Shown: positions 1 through 14,311, counted from the first letter of the stretch. The stretch: DNA of 64,000 nt from Pristiophorus japonicus (GCF_044704955.1 NC_091984.1:147560001-147624000), one strand, 5' to 3'. Notes: a model not told the origin generated them from the letters alone. A program made the numbers and translations.

Positions 1-442
1 CTGCCATTCTGAAAAGGACCCGTTTATCCCGACTCTCTGCTTCCTATCTGCCAACCAGATCTCTATCTCCGTCAGTACATTACCCCCAATACCATGCCTT
101 TTGATTTTGCACACCAATCTCTTGTGCGGAACCTTGTCAATAGCCTTTTGAATGTCCAAATACACCACATCCACTGGTTCTCCCTTCTCCACTCTGCTCG
201 TTACATCCGCAAAAAATTTCAGAAGATTTGTCAAGCTTGATTTCCCTTTCACAAATCCATGCTGACTTGGTCTGATCCTGTCATTGCTTTCCAACTGCTT
301 TGCTATTTCATCCTTAATGATTGATTCCAAAATTTTCCCGACCACTGATGTCAGGCTAACCGGTCTATAATTACCCGTTTTCTCTCTCCCTCCTTTTGTA
401 AAAAGTGGTGTTACATTAGCTACCCTCCAGTCCATAGGAATC
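1..442 (-). mobile_element. CR1 LINE ORF2 (RT) fragment, antisense
   Basis: Reverse complement matches the RT region of the plus-strand CR1 copies at 4530-4950 (HGFVKGKS, DKVPHKRL motifs). Confidence 0.85.
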
Positions 443-477
443 TTGTGCAGTAACCTTTTATGTGGCAGCTCATGGGC

Positions 478-1596
478 TCACATTAAAGCACATGGTATTG
501 GGGGTAATGTAATGACGTGGATACAGAACTGGTTGGCAGACAGGAAGCAGAGAGTCGGGATTAACGGGTCCTTTTCAGAATGGCAGGCAGTGACTAGTGG
601 AGTGCCGCAGGGCTCAGTGCTGGGACCCCAGCTCTTTACAATATATATCAATGATTTAGATGATGGAATTGAGTGTAATATGTCCAAGTTTGCAATTGAC
701 ACTAAACTGGGTGGCGGTATGTGCTGTGAGGAGATCGCTAAGAGTGATTTGGACAGGTTAGGCGAGTGGGCAAATACATGGCAGATGCAGTATAATGTGG
801 ATAAATGTTAGGTTATCCATTTTGGGGGCAAAAGCACGAAGGCAGAATATTATCTGAATGGCGGCAGATTACGAAAAGGGGAGGTGCAGCGAGACCTGGG
901 TGTCATGGTTCATCAGTCATTGACGGTTGGCATGCAGGTACAGCAGGCGGTGAAGAAGGCAAATGGTATGTTGGCCTTCATAGCTAGGGGATTTGAGTAT
1001 AAGAGCAGGGAAGTCTTACTGCAGTTGTGCAGGGCCTTGGTGAGGCCTCACCTGGAATATTGTGTTCAGTTTTGGTCTTCTAATCTGTGGAAGGACGTTC
1101 TTGCTATTGAGGGAGTGCAGCGAAGGTTCACCAGACTGATTCCAGGGATGGCTGAACTGACATATGAGGAGAGACTGGATCAACTGGACCTTTATACATT
1201 GGAGTATAGAAGGATGAGAGGGGATCTCATAGAAACATACAAGATTCTGACTGAACTGGACAGGTTAGATGCAGGAAGAATGTTTCCACTGTTGGGGAAG
1301 TCCAGATCCAGGGGACACAGTCTTAAGGGGCAGGCCATTTCGGACTGAGGTGAGGAGAAACTTCTTCACTCAGAGAGTTGTTAACCTGTGGAATTCCCTG
1401 CCACAGAGAGTTGTTGTTCATTGGATATGTTCAAGAGGGAGTTAGATATGGCCCTTGCAGCTAAAGGGATCAAGGGGTATGGAGAGAAAGCAGGAAAGGG
1501 GTACTGAAAAAATGATCAGCCATGTTCTTATTGAATGGTGGTGCAGGCTCGAAGGGCCTATTCCTGCACCTATTTTCAATGTTTCTATGTTTCTAT
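478..1596 (+). mobile_element. CR1 LINE 3' portion (degenerate RT plus 3'UTR)
   Basis: SGVPQGSVLGP and [12 protein letters not shown] motifs in ORFs 443-811 and 884-1348; ends in an (ATGTTTCT)n tail. Confidence 0.9.
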
Positions 1597-2180
1597 CCTC
1601 ATCCACCCTCTGTTACCTCATCAAAAAATGCAATCAAGTTAGTCACATGATTTGCCCGTAACCACTAGGTGCTGCCTCTCCGTTATTGGTCCGTGCTTAT
1701 CCACATGGCTGCTCATTTTCTCGTGGATTATTGACCTTGAAGCTCCCTCACCATAATGTTAAACTGCTCGGCCTGTCATTGGCAGCTTTATCCCTCTCCC
1801 CTTTTTTGAACAAGGGTGTAATATTTACAATCCTCAGTCCCCTGGCCCCTGTATCTAATGAGGATTGGACGATTGTGGTCCGCCACTCTGCACTTTCTAC
1901 CTTTCCCTCAGTACCCGAGGATGGCTCCTGTCCGCACCGGGTTACTTATCCACTTTAATTATTTCCATCCTTTCCAGTACCTCCTCTTTATCTACTTTTA
2001 TCATCCAGTATCCCAACAGCCTCCTCGTTTACTGTAGTTTGGACAAAGTCCCCTTCCTTGGTAAACACTGGTGCACAGCGTCATTCAGTACCTCAGCGAT
2101 ACCTTCTGCCTCCACCAATCGATCTGTATTGTGCTCCCTAATCGGCCCCACTGCACCTCTGACAACCCTTTCACTGTTAA
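1597..2180 (-). mobile_element. Old degenerate CR1 fragment
   Basis: Minus-strand translation gives LVEAEGIAEVLN and TPLFKKGER-like CR1 ORF2 remnants. Confidence 0.6.
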
Positions 2181-2457
2181 TATGCCGATCGCCGTCCCGT
2201 CCGTTGTTCTCCTGTCGCACCCCGTCATTTGTTTTTGACGACTTACCGGTTGGGTCTTTCTGTGCCGATGTGGTGGGGTCGATGCCGCGATGGTGCAGCC
2301 CGAAACTCGCCCCCGAGCCCACCCCCAGGGGAAGTGCAGAACGCCACATTGCGCTGCATTTCCTGTCAGGTGTCGTGACCCCAATTTCGCTTCCAGGGCG
2401 GGATTTTGGTGTGGGAAAAGTTACCGCCCCAACCGGGGCAATATGCAATTTGGGCCC

Positions 2458-2622
2458 ATTATCTGGTCATAGTCACATGTGGGAGCTTGCTGTGCACAAA
2501 CTGTCTGTCGTGTCTCCTCCATTACCGCAGTGACTATACTTCAAAAATACTTCATTGGCTGTAAAGCACTTTGGGACGTCCTGAGGTGGTCAAAGGTGCT
2601 ATATAAATGCCAGTCTTTCTTT
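2458..2622 (+). mobile_element. SacSINE1/DeuSINE-like SINE, 3' part
   Basis: GTGGGAGCTTGCTGTGC...CTTCATTGGCTGTAAAGC...CTATATAAATGC tail, shared with the copies at 47072-47525 and 53040-53230. Confidence 0.65.
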
Positions 2623-3047
2623 CCAATTCAGTTCTACATCTTTGAAACCCAAAGCCATGGAGAGTGACGGACAGGTAAAGACCCTGTGGTCCATCCAGCC
2701 CGTCCCACACAATTGTGATACCTTGTGTATCGCAGTACAGACTCTCCACCCCACCCAAAACTACCTGATCTCCTGGGAGAGGAGAAAAACCAGGAAAAAA
2801 AACCCATTGGGGGGAAATAAATCTGGGAAACTCCTCTCCGACACCCCGCCCCTGCCCCCCACACGCAGGCGATTGAAACTAGTCCAGGAGATCACTGTGG
2901 CCCTGAATTCCCTGCAGTAACTACCTTCTGTAAGTGGTGATCTCCGCACCGGCCACAATCAGGTCCTGCTCTCGCTCATGTACAGCTCATGGATTTAAAA
3001 TTACAAGTTTTCCCCACAGTGTCAAGTGCTGTAAATACTGTGTTACA

Positions 3048-6000
3048 TAGAAACACAGAAAATAGGTGCAGGAGTAGGCCATTCGGCCCTTCGAGCCTGC
3101 ACCGCCATTCAATATGATCATGGCTGATCATTCACTCAGTGCCCCTTTCCTGCTTTCTCGCCACACCCCTTGACACCTTAGCCGTAAGGGTCATATCTAA
3201 CTCCCTCTTGAATATATCCAATGAACTGGCATCAACAACTCTCTGCGGTAGGGAATTCCACAGATTAACAACTCTCTGAGTGAAGAAGTTTCTTCTCATC
3301 TCAGGCCTAAATGGCCTACCCCTTATCCTAAGACTATGTCCCCTGGTTCTGGACTTTTCCAACATCGAGAACATTCTTCCCGCATCTAACATATCCCGTC
3401 CGGTCAGAATCTTATACGTTTCTATGAGATCCCCTCTGTTGGGGAGGGCATCAAACTGGAAATTAGGGGTGCATGTAATAAAGGTGCAGCAGTTATCATG
3501 GGTGACTTCAATATGCACATAGATTGGGCTAACCAAACTGGAAACAATACGGTGGAGGAGGATTTCCTGGAGCGCATAAGGGATGGTTTTCTAGACCAAT
3601 AAGTCGAGGAACCAACTAGTGGGGAGGCCATCTTAGACTGGGTCTTGTGTAATGAGAGAGGATTAATTAGCAATCTCGTTGTGCGAGGCCCCTTGGGGTA
3701 GAGTGACCATAATATAGTGGAATTCTACATTAGGATGGAGAATGAAACAGTTAATTCAGAGACCATGGTCCAGAACTTAAAGAAGGGTAACTTTGAAGGT
3801 ATGAGGCGTGAATTGGCTAGGATAGATTGGCGAATGATACTTAAGGGGTTGACAGTGGATGGGCACTGTCAGACATTTAGAGACTGCATGGATGAACTAT
3901 AACAATTGTACATCCCTGTCTGGCATAAAAATAAAAAAGGGAACGTGGCTCAACCGTGGCTATCAAGAGAAATCAGGGATATTATTAAAGCCAAGGAAGT
4001 GACATACAAATTGGCCAGAAATAGCAGCGAAATCAGGGACTGGGAGAAATTTAGAACTCAGGAGAGGAGGACAAAGGGTTTGATTAGGGCAGGGAAAATA
4101 GAGTACGAGAGGAAGCTTACAGGGATCATTAAGATGGACTGCAAAAGCTTCTCTCGATATGTAAAGAGAAAAAGGTTAGTAAAGACAAACGTGGGTCCTC
4201 TGCAGTCAGAATCAGGAGAAGTCATAACGTAAAACAAAGAAATAGCAGACCAATTGAACAAGTACTTTGGTTCGGTATTCACTAACGAGGACACAAACAA
4301 CCTTCCGGATATAAAAGGGGTCAGAGGGTCTCGTAAGAAGGAGGAACTGAGGGAAATGCTTATTAGTCTGGAAATTGTGTTGGGGAAATTGATGGAATTG
4401 AAGGCCGATAAATCCCCAGGGCCTGATGGTCTGCATCCCAGAGTACTTAAGGAGGTGGCCTTGGAAATAGCGGATGCATTGACAGTCATTTTCCAACATT
4501 CCATAGACTCTGGATCAGTTCCTATGGAGTGGAGGGTAGCCAATGTAACCCCACTTTTTAAAAAAGGAGGGAGAAAGGAAACAGGGAATGATCGACTGGT
4601 CAGCCTGACATCGGTAGTGGGTAAAATGATGGAATCAATTATGAAGGATGTCATAGCAGCACATTTGCAAAGAGGTGACATGATAGGTCCAAGTCAGCAT
4701 GGATTTGTCAAAGGGAAATCATGCTTGACAAATCTTCTGGAATTTTTTGAGGATGTTTCCAGTAGAGTGGACAAGGGGGAACCAGTTGATGTGGTGTATT
4801 TTTACTTTCAGAAGGCTTTTGACAAGGTCCCACACAAGAGATTAATGTGCAAAGTTAAAGCACATGTGATTGGGGGTCGTGTGCTGTCATGAATTGAGAA
4901 CTGGTTGGCAGACAGGAAGCAAAGAGTAGGAGAAATGGGTATTTTCAGAATGGCAGGCAGTGACTAGTGGGGTACAACAAGGTTCTGTGCTGGGGCCCCA
5001 GCTGTTTACATTGTACATTAATCATTTAGACGAGGGGATTAAATGTAGTATCTCCAAATTTGTGGTTGACACTAAGTTGGGTGGCAGTGTGAGCTGCGAG
5101 GAGAATGCTATGAGGCTGCAGAGTGACTTGGATAGGTTAGCTGAGTGGGCAAATGCATGGCAGACGAAGTATAATGTGGATAAATGTGAGGTTATCCACT
5201 TTGGTGGTAAAAACAGAGAGACAGACTATTATATGAATGGTGACAGATTAAGGAAAGGGGAGGTGCAACGAGACCTGGGTGTTATGGTACATCAGTCATT
5301 GAAGGTTGGCATGCAGGTACAGCAGGCGGTTAAGAAAGCAAATGGCATCTTGGCCTTCATAGCGAGGGGATTTGAGTACAGGGGCAGGGAGGTGTTACTA
5401 CAGTTGTACAGGGCCTTGGTGAGGCCACACCTGGAGTATTGTGTACAGTTTTGGTCTCCTAACTTGAGGAAGGACCTTCTTGCTATTGAGGGAGCGCAGC
5501 GAAGGTTCACCAGACTGATTCCCGGGATGGCGGGACTGACATATCAAGAAAGACTGGATCAAGTAGGCTTGTATCCACTGGAGTTAAGAAGAATGAGAGG
5601 GGATCTCATAGAAACATTCAGAATTCTGACAGGTTTCGACAGGTTAGATGCAGGAAGAATGTTTCCAATTTTGAGGAAGTCCAGAACCAGGGGTCACAGT
5701 CTAAGGATAAGGGGTAAGCCATTTAGGACCGAGATAAGGAGAAACTTCTTCACTCAGAGAGTGGTGAACCTGTGGAATTCCATACCACAGAAAGTTGTTG
5801 AGGCCAATTCACTAAATATATTCAAAAAGGAGTTAGATGTAGTCCTTACTACTAGGGGGTTCAAGGGGTATGGTGAGAAAGCAGGATTGGGACACTGAAG
5901 TTGCATGTTCAGCCATGAACTCATTGAATGGCGGTGCAGGCTAGAAGGGCCGAATGGTCTAATCCTGCACCTATTTTCTATGTTTCTATGTTTCTATCCT

Positions 6001-6850
6001 TCTAAACTCCAGTGAATAAAGGCCCAGTTGATCCAGTCTCTCCTCATATAACAGTCCAGCCATCCCTGGAATTAGTCTGGTGAACTTCGCTGCACTCCCT
6101 CAATAGCAAGAACGTCCTTCCTCAGATTAGAAGACCAAACCTGAACACAATATTCCAGGTGAGGCCTCACTAATGCCTTGTACAACTGCAGTAAGACCTC
6201 CCTGCTCCTATACTAAAATCCCCTAGCTATGAAGGCCAACAAACCATTTGCCTTCTTCACCACCTGCTGTACCTGCATGCCGACCTTCAAAGACTGATGA
6301 ACCATGACACCTACTTCTCATGGCACCTCCCCTTTTACTAATCTGCCGCCATTCAGATAATATTCTGCCTTAATTTTTTTGCCTCCAAAATGAATAACCT
6401 CACATTTATCCACATTATACTGCATCTGCCATGCATTTGCCCACTCACCTAACCTGTCCAAGTCACCCTGCAGCCTCTTAGCGTCCCCCTCACAGCTCAC
6501 ACCGCCACCCAGTTTAGTGTCTTCTGCAAACTTGGAGATATTACACTCAATTCCTTCATCCAAATCGTTAATGTATATTGTAAAGAGCTGGAGTCCCAGC
6601 ACTGAGCCCTGCGGCACTCCACTAGTCACTGACTGCCATTCTGAAAAGGACCCGTTTATCCCAACACTCTGCTTCCAACCAGTTCTCTATTCACGTCAGT
6701 ACATTATCCCCAATACTATGTGCTTTAATTTTGCACAGCAATCTCTTGTGCGGGACCCTGTCAAAAAGCCTTTTGAAAGTCCAAATACACCACATCCACT
6801 GGTTCTCCCTTGTCCACTCTACAGGTTACATCCTCAAAAAATTCCAGAAT
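3048..6850 (-). mobile_element. CR1 LINE (minus strand) split by a younger CR1 insertion at 3437-5996
   Basis: The reverse-complemented tail starts at 3048. The sequence GAGATCCCCTCT (to 3436) resumes as ATCCTTCTAAACTCC at about 5995. Confidence 0.85.
3437..5996 (+). mobile_element. 5'-truncated CR1 LINE (APE C-terminus, RT, 3'UTR), pseudogenised
   Basis: ORF pieces 3717-5898 carry KSPGPDGLHPRVLKE and [11 protein letters not shown]; stops and frameshifts present; (ATGTTTCT)n tail. Confidence 0.92.
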
Positions 6851-8798
6851 TTTTTATTATCAGGATTATATTATCAGGGTTATATTCTCACTGTCTGTCA
6901 TTGTCACAACACTCGCTATATAAATGCAAGTTGTTGTTGTGTTCAGGGCCGCCGTATCTGGCTCAAGCTTCTTATCCATCCCCCCCTTCCCTTCACCCTC
7001 CATTGGGGGCCGTGCCTTCAGCTGCCTGGGCCCTAACTCCCTGCTCCCTAAACCTCTCTGCCACTCCACCCCTCTCCTCTTTTAAGACCTCCCTTCAAAC
7101 CCAATCTGTGACTGAGCATTTTGTACAACCCTCCCAGCTCCTCCCTCTTTGGCTCAGCAGCACTTTGACCAGATTACGCCTCTTTCAGCTGCCTTGGGAT
7201 GTTGTTATAATGTTCCAGTTTCTATAGCAATGCCGGTTGTTGCTGTTGTACCTGGCAACAGAGCCTCTGTGTGTGGATATACCCCATGCACCGAGCTCCG
7301 CGGTGAGGCCTTCCACAGTGGAATGGCCAGCCGATGCTCGCTGCAGTGCAGAGTGGCTGCTGCCCCGCCAATCGGTCTGAGACACCGCCTCACGAGCGGA
7401 CGAGGAGATACACGCTGAGATCCACCATCAAATGACACGTGGGGAACTGGAAATGATTCTGCAAACCTGACTGGAGGTTTGGTACAAATAGGTTTTACAA
7501 ACCAATCAATTGGGTGACACAGAAATTGTCTAAAATTGTGGTCTTTTCAGAACCAATATTGCCCTCTTTTGGTATGAAGACAGCACTGCCAATTTCCCTC
7601 ACAATTTGACTGAGCTGCAATTTTCAATGTCTCCTTACGTGGTTCGCTGTCAATCTTTATTTTACAACTGTTATGCTCATAATAAATGGTCAGATTGAGT
7701 ACTGTGTGTAATGAGCAAGTGTGACCTTAGCTCCTTTATTGTAGTTCCAGAGTGCAGGTACTTCGTGGGTGGCCTGCTTATAGACTGTACTCCCAAGGGA
7801 TGCTGGGATCCCTTGGAACTCCAACAGATCGGCACTCTAGTGGACAGGTCTGATGCAGGTTACAAGGTTACAAGGGGTTAAATACATGACATCACTCCCC
7901 CGTGAAGTCAACAATACACTTATTTACAAGGTGAGACGATCTGGGGCTCTGCGCTCCCTTGTCGATCGTCTCGGTACAAATGTTGATATGATTGGGTTGG
8001 TCAGTTCTTCATTGGACTGTTGGGCAGCCGGCCTTGGCAAGCTGCTGGTGATGACGAGTTCTGTTTACTGGTCAACTGTGATGTCAGTTGCCACTTGTGT
8101 GTGTGTTGGAAGGTCAAAGTTGGTGGTGTCCTCTTGAGGTTGTCCGTAATTGTTGGTGAACCGCAGTTTAATTTGGTCCAAATGTTTTCTGTGCATTTGT
8201 CCATTGGTCACTTTGACCTCAAACACGCTACTCCCCTCTTTGGATGTGATCGTGCCAGCAAGCCATTTGGGACCATGTCCAAAATTGAGCATAAACGCAG
8301 GATTATTGATCTCAATATCGCGTGACAAGTTTGTGAGGTCATGGTACACACTCTGTTGATGCCGCTTGTCCTTTACGTGATCATGTAGATCAGGGTGGAC
8401 CAGAGAGAGCCTTGTTTTAAGCGCCCTTTTCATGAGCAGCTCGGCTGGGGGAATCCCTGTGAGTGAGTGGGGTCTGGTGCAGTAGCTGAGTCGTACTCGG
8501 GACAACCGGTTCGGCAGGGAGCCTTCCGACACGTGTTTCAAGCTTTGCTTGATGGTCTGAACTGCCCGTTCTGCCTGGCCGTTGGATGCGGGCTTCAATG
8601 GCGGAGATGTGTCATTTTGATCCTGTTGCGGGTCATGAATTCTTTGAATACGGCACTAGTGAAGCATGGCCCATTGTCGCTGACTAGGACATTGGGAAGG
8701 CTGTGCGTGGCAAACATAGCTCTTAGACTTTCAATGGTGGCTGTGGACGTGCTTCCAGACATTACTGCACATTCAATCCATTTTGTGTAAGCATCCAC

Positions 8799-11700
8799 TG
8801 TCATATATGTAACCTTCATGTAACTGTAACCTTCATGTAATAACACTGCACACTATATATACCGAAGAAATGCACACCTTGACCACAGGGGGTGAACTTG
8901 TGGGAGACACTCCTCATCTGGTCTTCCAGGTATATAAAGGGAGGTCCCATGCAGGGTCATCACTTCTTGGTCCTGTGAATAAAGGTTCAGGTCACAGAGT
9001 GACCTTGTCTGCAGAATGTGCCTCATGTGAATTTATATTTGTGTGTAAGGACATTACATTTGGCGACGAGAAACAGGAATCAACGACTCACGAGAATGGC
9101 CACCGGTAGCACAGAGAAACGGTACTGTGTTGGTAACGACTGGGACGATTTAATTGAGAGGCTCCAGCAGAGCTTTGTCACAAAGGTCTGGCTGGGAGAT
9201 GCAGCGGCTGACAAGCGAAGGGTGCATCTACTGACCAGCTGTGGGCCTAAGACATACGCGCTGATGAAAGACATGCTCGCACCCGAGAAGCCGGCGGACA
9301 AAACCTTTGAAGAGCTCAGCAAACTGATCAGTGAGCACCTCAAACCGGCGAGCAGTATACACATGGCCCGACACCGATTCTATACACACCGACGTCGGGA
9401 AGGACAGAGCATACTGGACGTCGTTGCGGACCTTCGGTGCTCGGCCAGCCTCTGTAAGTTCACAGATGCCTGCAGGAAGGACATGTTAAGGGATTTCTTT
9501 ATTGAGGGCATTGGTCATGTCGGGATTTTCACCAAGGATTTGACCTTGGAAGTGGTGGCGTTCATGGCTCAGTCCTCCATGGCGTGTAAAATCAAGACAA
9601 TATACACGCACAACTCTGCTTCCAATGTGGCAATGGATCAGGGAGTTAATATTGCAAACGCGACTCAGAACCCTGCAGGCAGGCAAGGGCAATTCGACAC
9701 CACTCAGGCAGCAACAGACTCCAGAGTGGATCCTCAACAGAGACAATGGCAGGTTGAATGGACAGTTACGCCATCACGGTGGACAATGTGTCGAGGGATG
9801 GGGCCATTGACACCCACTAACAAAGTGCTCAAGAGTAATCAAAGAGATAATCAGAGAGGAATGCCTGGTAACAGCCCTTTTGTTCACAACAATCTCAGCT
9901 CATAAAAACATAGAAATATAGAAAATAGGTGCAGGAGTAGGCCCAAACTGGAACGCATTAACACGCAATTACGGATGTGCACCAAAGAGATCATCCCAGT
10001 GCGAGGCAATGCAATGTTGCTGGTCACACATAATGGATCAGAGAACCGGCTGCCACTCTGGATTGTCCCGGAAAATGGTCCCGCGCTTTTGGGGAGTAGC
10101 TGGCTAGCCGAGATGAACTGGAAATGGGGGGATGTGCACACCATTTCATCCGTGGAGCGAAGTTCATGCTCACAGGTCCTACAGGAATTTGAGTCACTAT
10201 TTCAACCCGGTGTCGGGACTTTGCAGGTTACCAAAGTAGTGATACGCATCACCCCGGACGCCAAACCAGTGCACCACAAAGCCAGAGCTGTGCCGTATGT
10301 GAAGCGATAGAAAATTGAGAGCGAGTTGTACAGGTTGCTAAGAGAGTGCTTCATTACGCCCATTGAATTCAGCGACTGGGCAAGCCCCATCATCCCTGTC
10401 CTAAAAAAGGATGGCTCGGTCAGGATCTGTGGCGACTATAAGGCCACTATCAACCGAGTGGTTCTACAAGACCAATACCCGCTTCCGAAAGCGGAGGAAC
10501 TTTTTGCCACGCTGGCAGGCAGCAAGCTGTTCACCAAGTAGTACCTCACTTCAGCCTACATAACCTTGGAACTGGCCAAAGAATCCAAGCTACTGACAAC
10601 CATCACCATGCACAAGGGACTGTTTGTCGACAATAGGTGTCCATTTGGCATTCGATCAGCAGCCGCTATCTTTCAAAGGAACATGGAAAGCCTGCTCAAA
10701 TCCATTCCTGGAACAATCGTATTTCATGACGACATCCTTATCACGAGTCGAGACACCGAGGAACACCTCCACAACCTGGAGGAGGTGCTACGCCGACTGG
10801 ACCGAGTAGGCCTGTGACTAAAGAAGTCCAAGTGTGTGTTTTTGGTCCCAGAGGTCGAGTTTTTGGGCAGGATGGTTGCTGCAGACTGGATCCGGCCTAC
10901 CGAAACCAAAGCGGAGGCGATTCGTCGTGCGCCCAGGCCCGGCAACACATCGGAGTTACGTGCACTTCTGGGACTCTTGAACTATTTCGGGAACTTTCTG
11001 CCGAACTTAAGCACATTGTTGGAGCCGCTACACATGCTCCTGTGTAAGGGTTGCGATTTGTTTTGGGGGTCTGTCAGGAATGGGCTTTCAACCGGGCGCG
11101 GAACCTGCTTTGTTCAAATAAGCTGTTGACCCTGTACAAACCCTGTAAGAAATTGGATTTGACATGTGATGCACCATCCTATGGGGTTGGGTGCGTGTTG
11201 CAGCAGAGTAATGATGAGGGCCAACTCCAAGCTGTGGCTTATGCCTCCAGGTCGCTCTCCCAAGCAGAACGGGGATATGGGATGGTTGAAAAGGAAGCAC
11301 TCGCATGTGCCTACGGGTTGAAAGTACATTTTTGGCAGAAGGTTTGTGTTAGAAGCGGACCACAAGCCGTTAACATCCCTGTTGTCAGACAACAAAGCTG
11401 TCAATGCCAATGTGTCAGCTCGCATGCAGCGATGGGCTCTCACACTGGCTGCGTATGACTACACCATACGGCACCGGCCAGACACCGAACATTGCGTTGA
11501 CGCGCTCTGCAGGCTTCCACTGGCCACCACAGAGGGAGCAGCAGAGCAAAGTGCTGAGATGGTCATGGCCATTGATACCTTTGACAGCGCAGGCTCCCCC
11601 ATCACAGCCTGCCAGATCAAAATCTGGACCAACAGAGATCCCCTCCTATCCTTGATTAAGAAATGTGTCCTGCCTGGGGATTGGGCGCCCGCACACGGAG

Positions 11701-13003
11701 CATGCCCGAGGAGGTCAGACCGTTTCACAGACAGATGGATGAGCTCTCCATCCAAGCCGACTACCTACTATGGGGCAGCCAGGTAGTCATGCCCCAGAGG
11801 GGCAGGGAAGCATTCATCAGAGAACTGCACAGCCATTGCCCGGTCACATGTATGGTGGCCGGGAATTGACTCGCACCTGGAACACTGTGTTCACAGGTGC
11901 ACGACGTATACCCAGCTGGGTAATGCCCCCAGTGAGGCCCCACTCAGCCCATGGCCCTTGCCCACCAGGCCATGGTCACGTATTAACCCAGACTACGCGG
12001 GCTCATTCATGGAAAAAATGTTCCTCATTGTTGTTCCTCAATGGATCGAGTGCATCATATTGAATTCGTGTACGACATCCACCACTGTGGAGAGCCTGCA
12101 TGCGGTCTTAGCGACCCACGGCTTGCCGGACATCCTGGTTAGCGACAATGGCCCGTGTTTCACTCGCTATGAATTCCGGGAGTTCATGTCGGGTAATGAC
12201 ATCAAACATGTCAGGACGGCACTACTTATGAAACGTACACTTAAAACTCGGCTGTCCTTCATTCATCCAGTCCTGTCAGACATTGTTGAGGGCAAGCGCC
12301 AGTCCCAAAATGAGTGCCATGACCGTAACTCAAAGGGGAGATATATAGAAATCGATGTCCCTGTATTTGTTCTTAATTACGCTTTGGGGCCCAAGTAGCT
12401 TGAGGGTACTGTAATTGGCAAAGAGGGGAATAGGGTCATAGTGGTCAGACTTAAAAATGGACAGATATGCCGCAAGCATGTGGACCAAGTAAAATAAAAG
12501 GTTCAGCATGGACACTGAGGAGCCTGTGGAAGATCATGAGATGTTGCCCACACCACTGCCAGTGAACGAGCAACAAGAACATTCAGCAGCATGCACAGTT
12601 CCTGTGGCCAGCCCGGACAAGCCGGAATCACCACAGGTGACAGACACGCATACCAAGGCTCAACAACTTCGGCGCTTCACGAGAGAACGTCGACCGCCTG
12701 AAAGACTTAATCTTTAACCCTGTAAGATGTTGGGGGGAGGTGATGTCATGTATGTAACCTTTATGTAACTGTAACCTTTATGTAATAACACTGCATACTA
12801 TATACACCTAAGAAATGCACACATTGACCACAGGGGCTGAACTTGTGGGAGACATTCCTCACCTGGTCTTCCAGGTATATAAAGGGAGGTCCCACGCAGG
12901 GTCATCACTTCTTGGTTCTGTGAATAAAGGTTCAGGTCACAGAGTGACCTTGTCTGCAGAATGTGCCTCTTGTGAACATATAGTAGTGTGTATGGACATT
13001 ACA
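8799..13003 (+). mobile_element. Ty3/Gypsy LTR retrotransposon B, nested in the integrase of element A
   Basis: 260-bp LTRs at 8799-9058 and 12744-13003 (about 18 differences). Perfect TSD TCCAC. PBS TGGCGACGAG at 9061-9070 (tRNA-Ser-GCT-like). PPT at 12732-12740. gag, RT (PFGIRSA, FHDD), RNase H and integrase (SDNGPCF) fragments. Confidence 0.95.
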
Positions 13004-13450
13004 TCCACGACAACCAAAAACATTTTGCCCAGGAATGGGCCTGCATAGTCTACATGGATCCTCGACCACAGTTTGGATGACCAGGACCATAAACTTAGTG
13101 GTGCCTCTCTGGGTGCATTGCTCAACGGAGAGCAAGCACTTGCGTGCACATGACTCTAAATCTGAGTCGATGTCTGACCACCACACGTGGGATCTGATAT
13201 GGCTTTCATCATTATGATGCCTGAGTGGGTACTGTGTAGTTCCCCAATAAATGTGTCTCTGCTTTTCTTGGGCAATACCACAGGATTGCCCCACAAGAGA
13301 CAGTCCGCCTGCAGGGACAGCTCATCTTTGCATCTATGGAATGGCTTAATCGCTTCCTGCATCTCCACTGGGACACTGGACCAGTTCCCATGGAGGACAC
13401 AGTTTTTTTTACCAGGGCCAGTAAAGGATCCTGGCTGGTCCAGGTCCTGA

Positions 13451-14311
13451 CTAACGTTTGGCTAAGGTTTGGCAGATGGAATACAATGTCGAAAAGTGTG
13501 AGGTCATCCACCTTGGGAAAAAAAACAGTAAAAGGGAATATTATTTGAATGGGGAGAAATTACAACATGCTGAGGTGCAGAGGGACCTGGGGGTCCTTGT
13601 GCATGAATCCCAAAAAGTTAGTTTGCAGGTGCAGCAGGTAATCAGGAAGGCGAATGGAATGTTGGCCTTCATTGCGAGAGGGATGGAGTACAATAGCAGG
13701 GAGGTCCTGCTGCAACTGTATAGGGTATTGGTGAGGCCGCACCTGGAGTACTGCGTGCAGTTTTGGTCACCTTACTTAAGGAAGGATGTACTAGCATTGG
13801 AAGGGGTACAGAGACGATTCACTCGGCTGATTCCGGAGATGAGGGGATTACCTTATGATGGTAGATTGAGTAGACTGCGTCTTTACTCGTTGGAGTTCAG
13901 AAGGATGAGGGGTGATCTTATAGAATCATTTAAAAGAATGAAAGGGATAGACAAGATAGAGGCAGAGAGGTTGTTTCCACTGGTCGGGGAGTCGAGAACT
14001 AGGGGGCACAGCCTCAAAATACGGGCCAATTTAAAACCGAGTTGAGAAGGAATTTCTTCTCCCAGAGGGTTGTGAATCTGTGGAATTCTCTGCCCAAGGA
14101 AGCAGTTGAGGCTAGCTCATTGAATGTATTCAAGTCACAGATAGATAGATTTTTAACCAATAAGGGAATTAAGGGTTATGGGGAGCGGGCGGGTAAGTGG
14201 AGCTGAGTCCACGGCCAGATGAGTCATGATCTTGTTGAATGGCGGAGCAGGCTCGAGGGGCTAGATGACCTACTCCTGTTCCTAATTCTTATGTTCTTAT
14301 GTTCTTATGTT
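13451..14311 (+). mobile_element. 5'-truncated CR1 inserted in Gypsy A pol
   Basis: ORF 13458-14045 is a CR1 C-terminus with an (ATGTTCTT)n tail; CTGA is duplicated at both junctions. Confidence 0.9.

Noticed and set aside
2180-2457. Possible non-autonomous Harbinger end
   Set aside because: The CpG-rich segment ending GCAATTTGGGCCC is suggestive, but I found no partner terminus or TSD.
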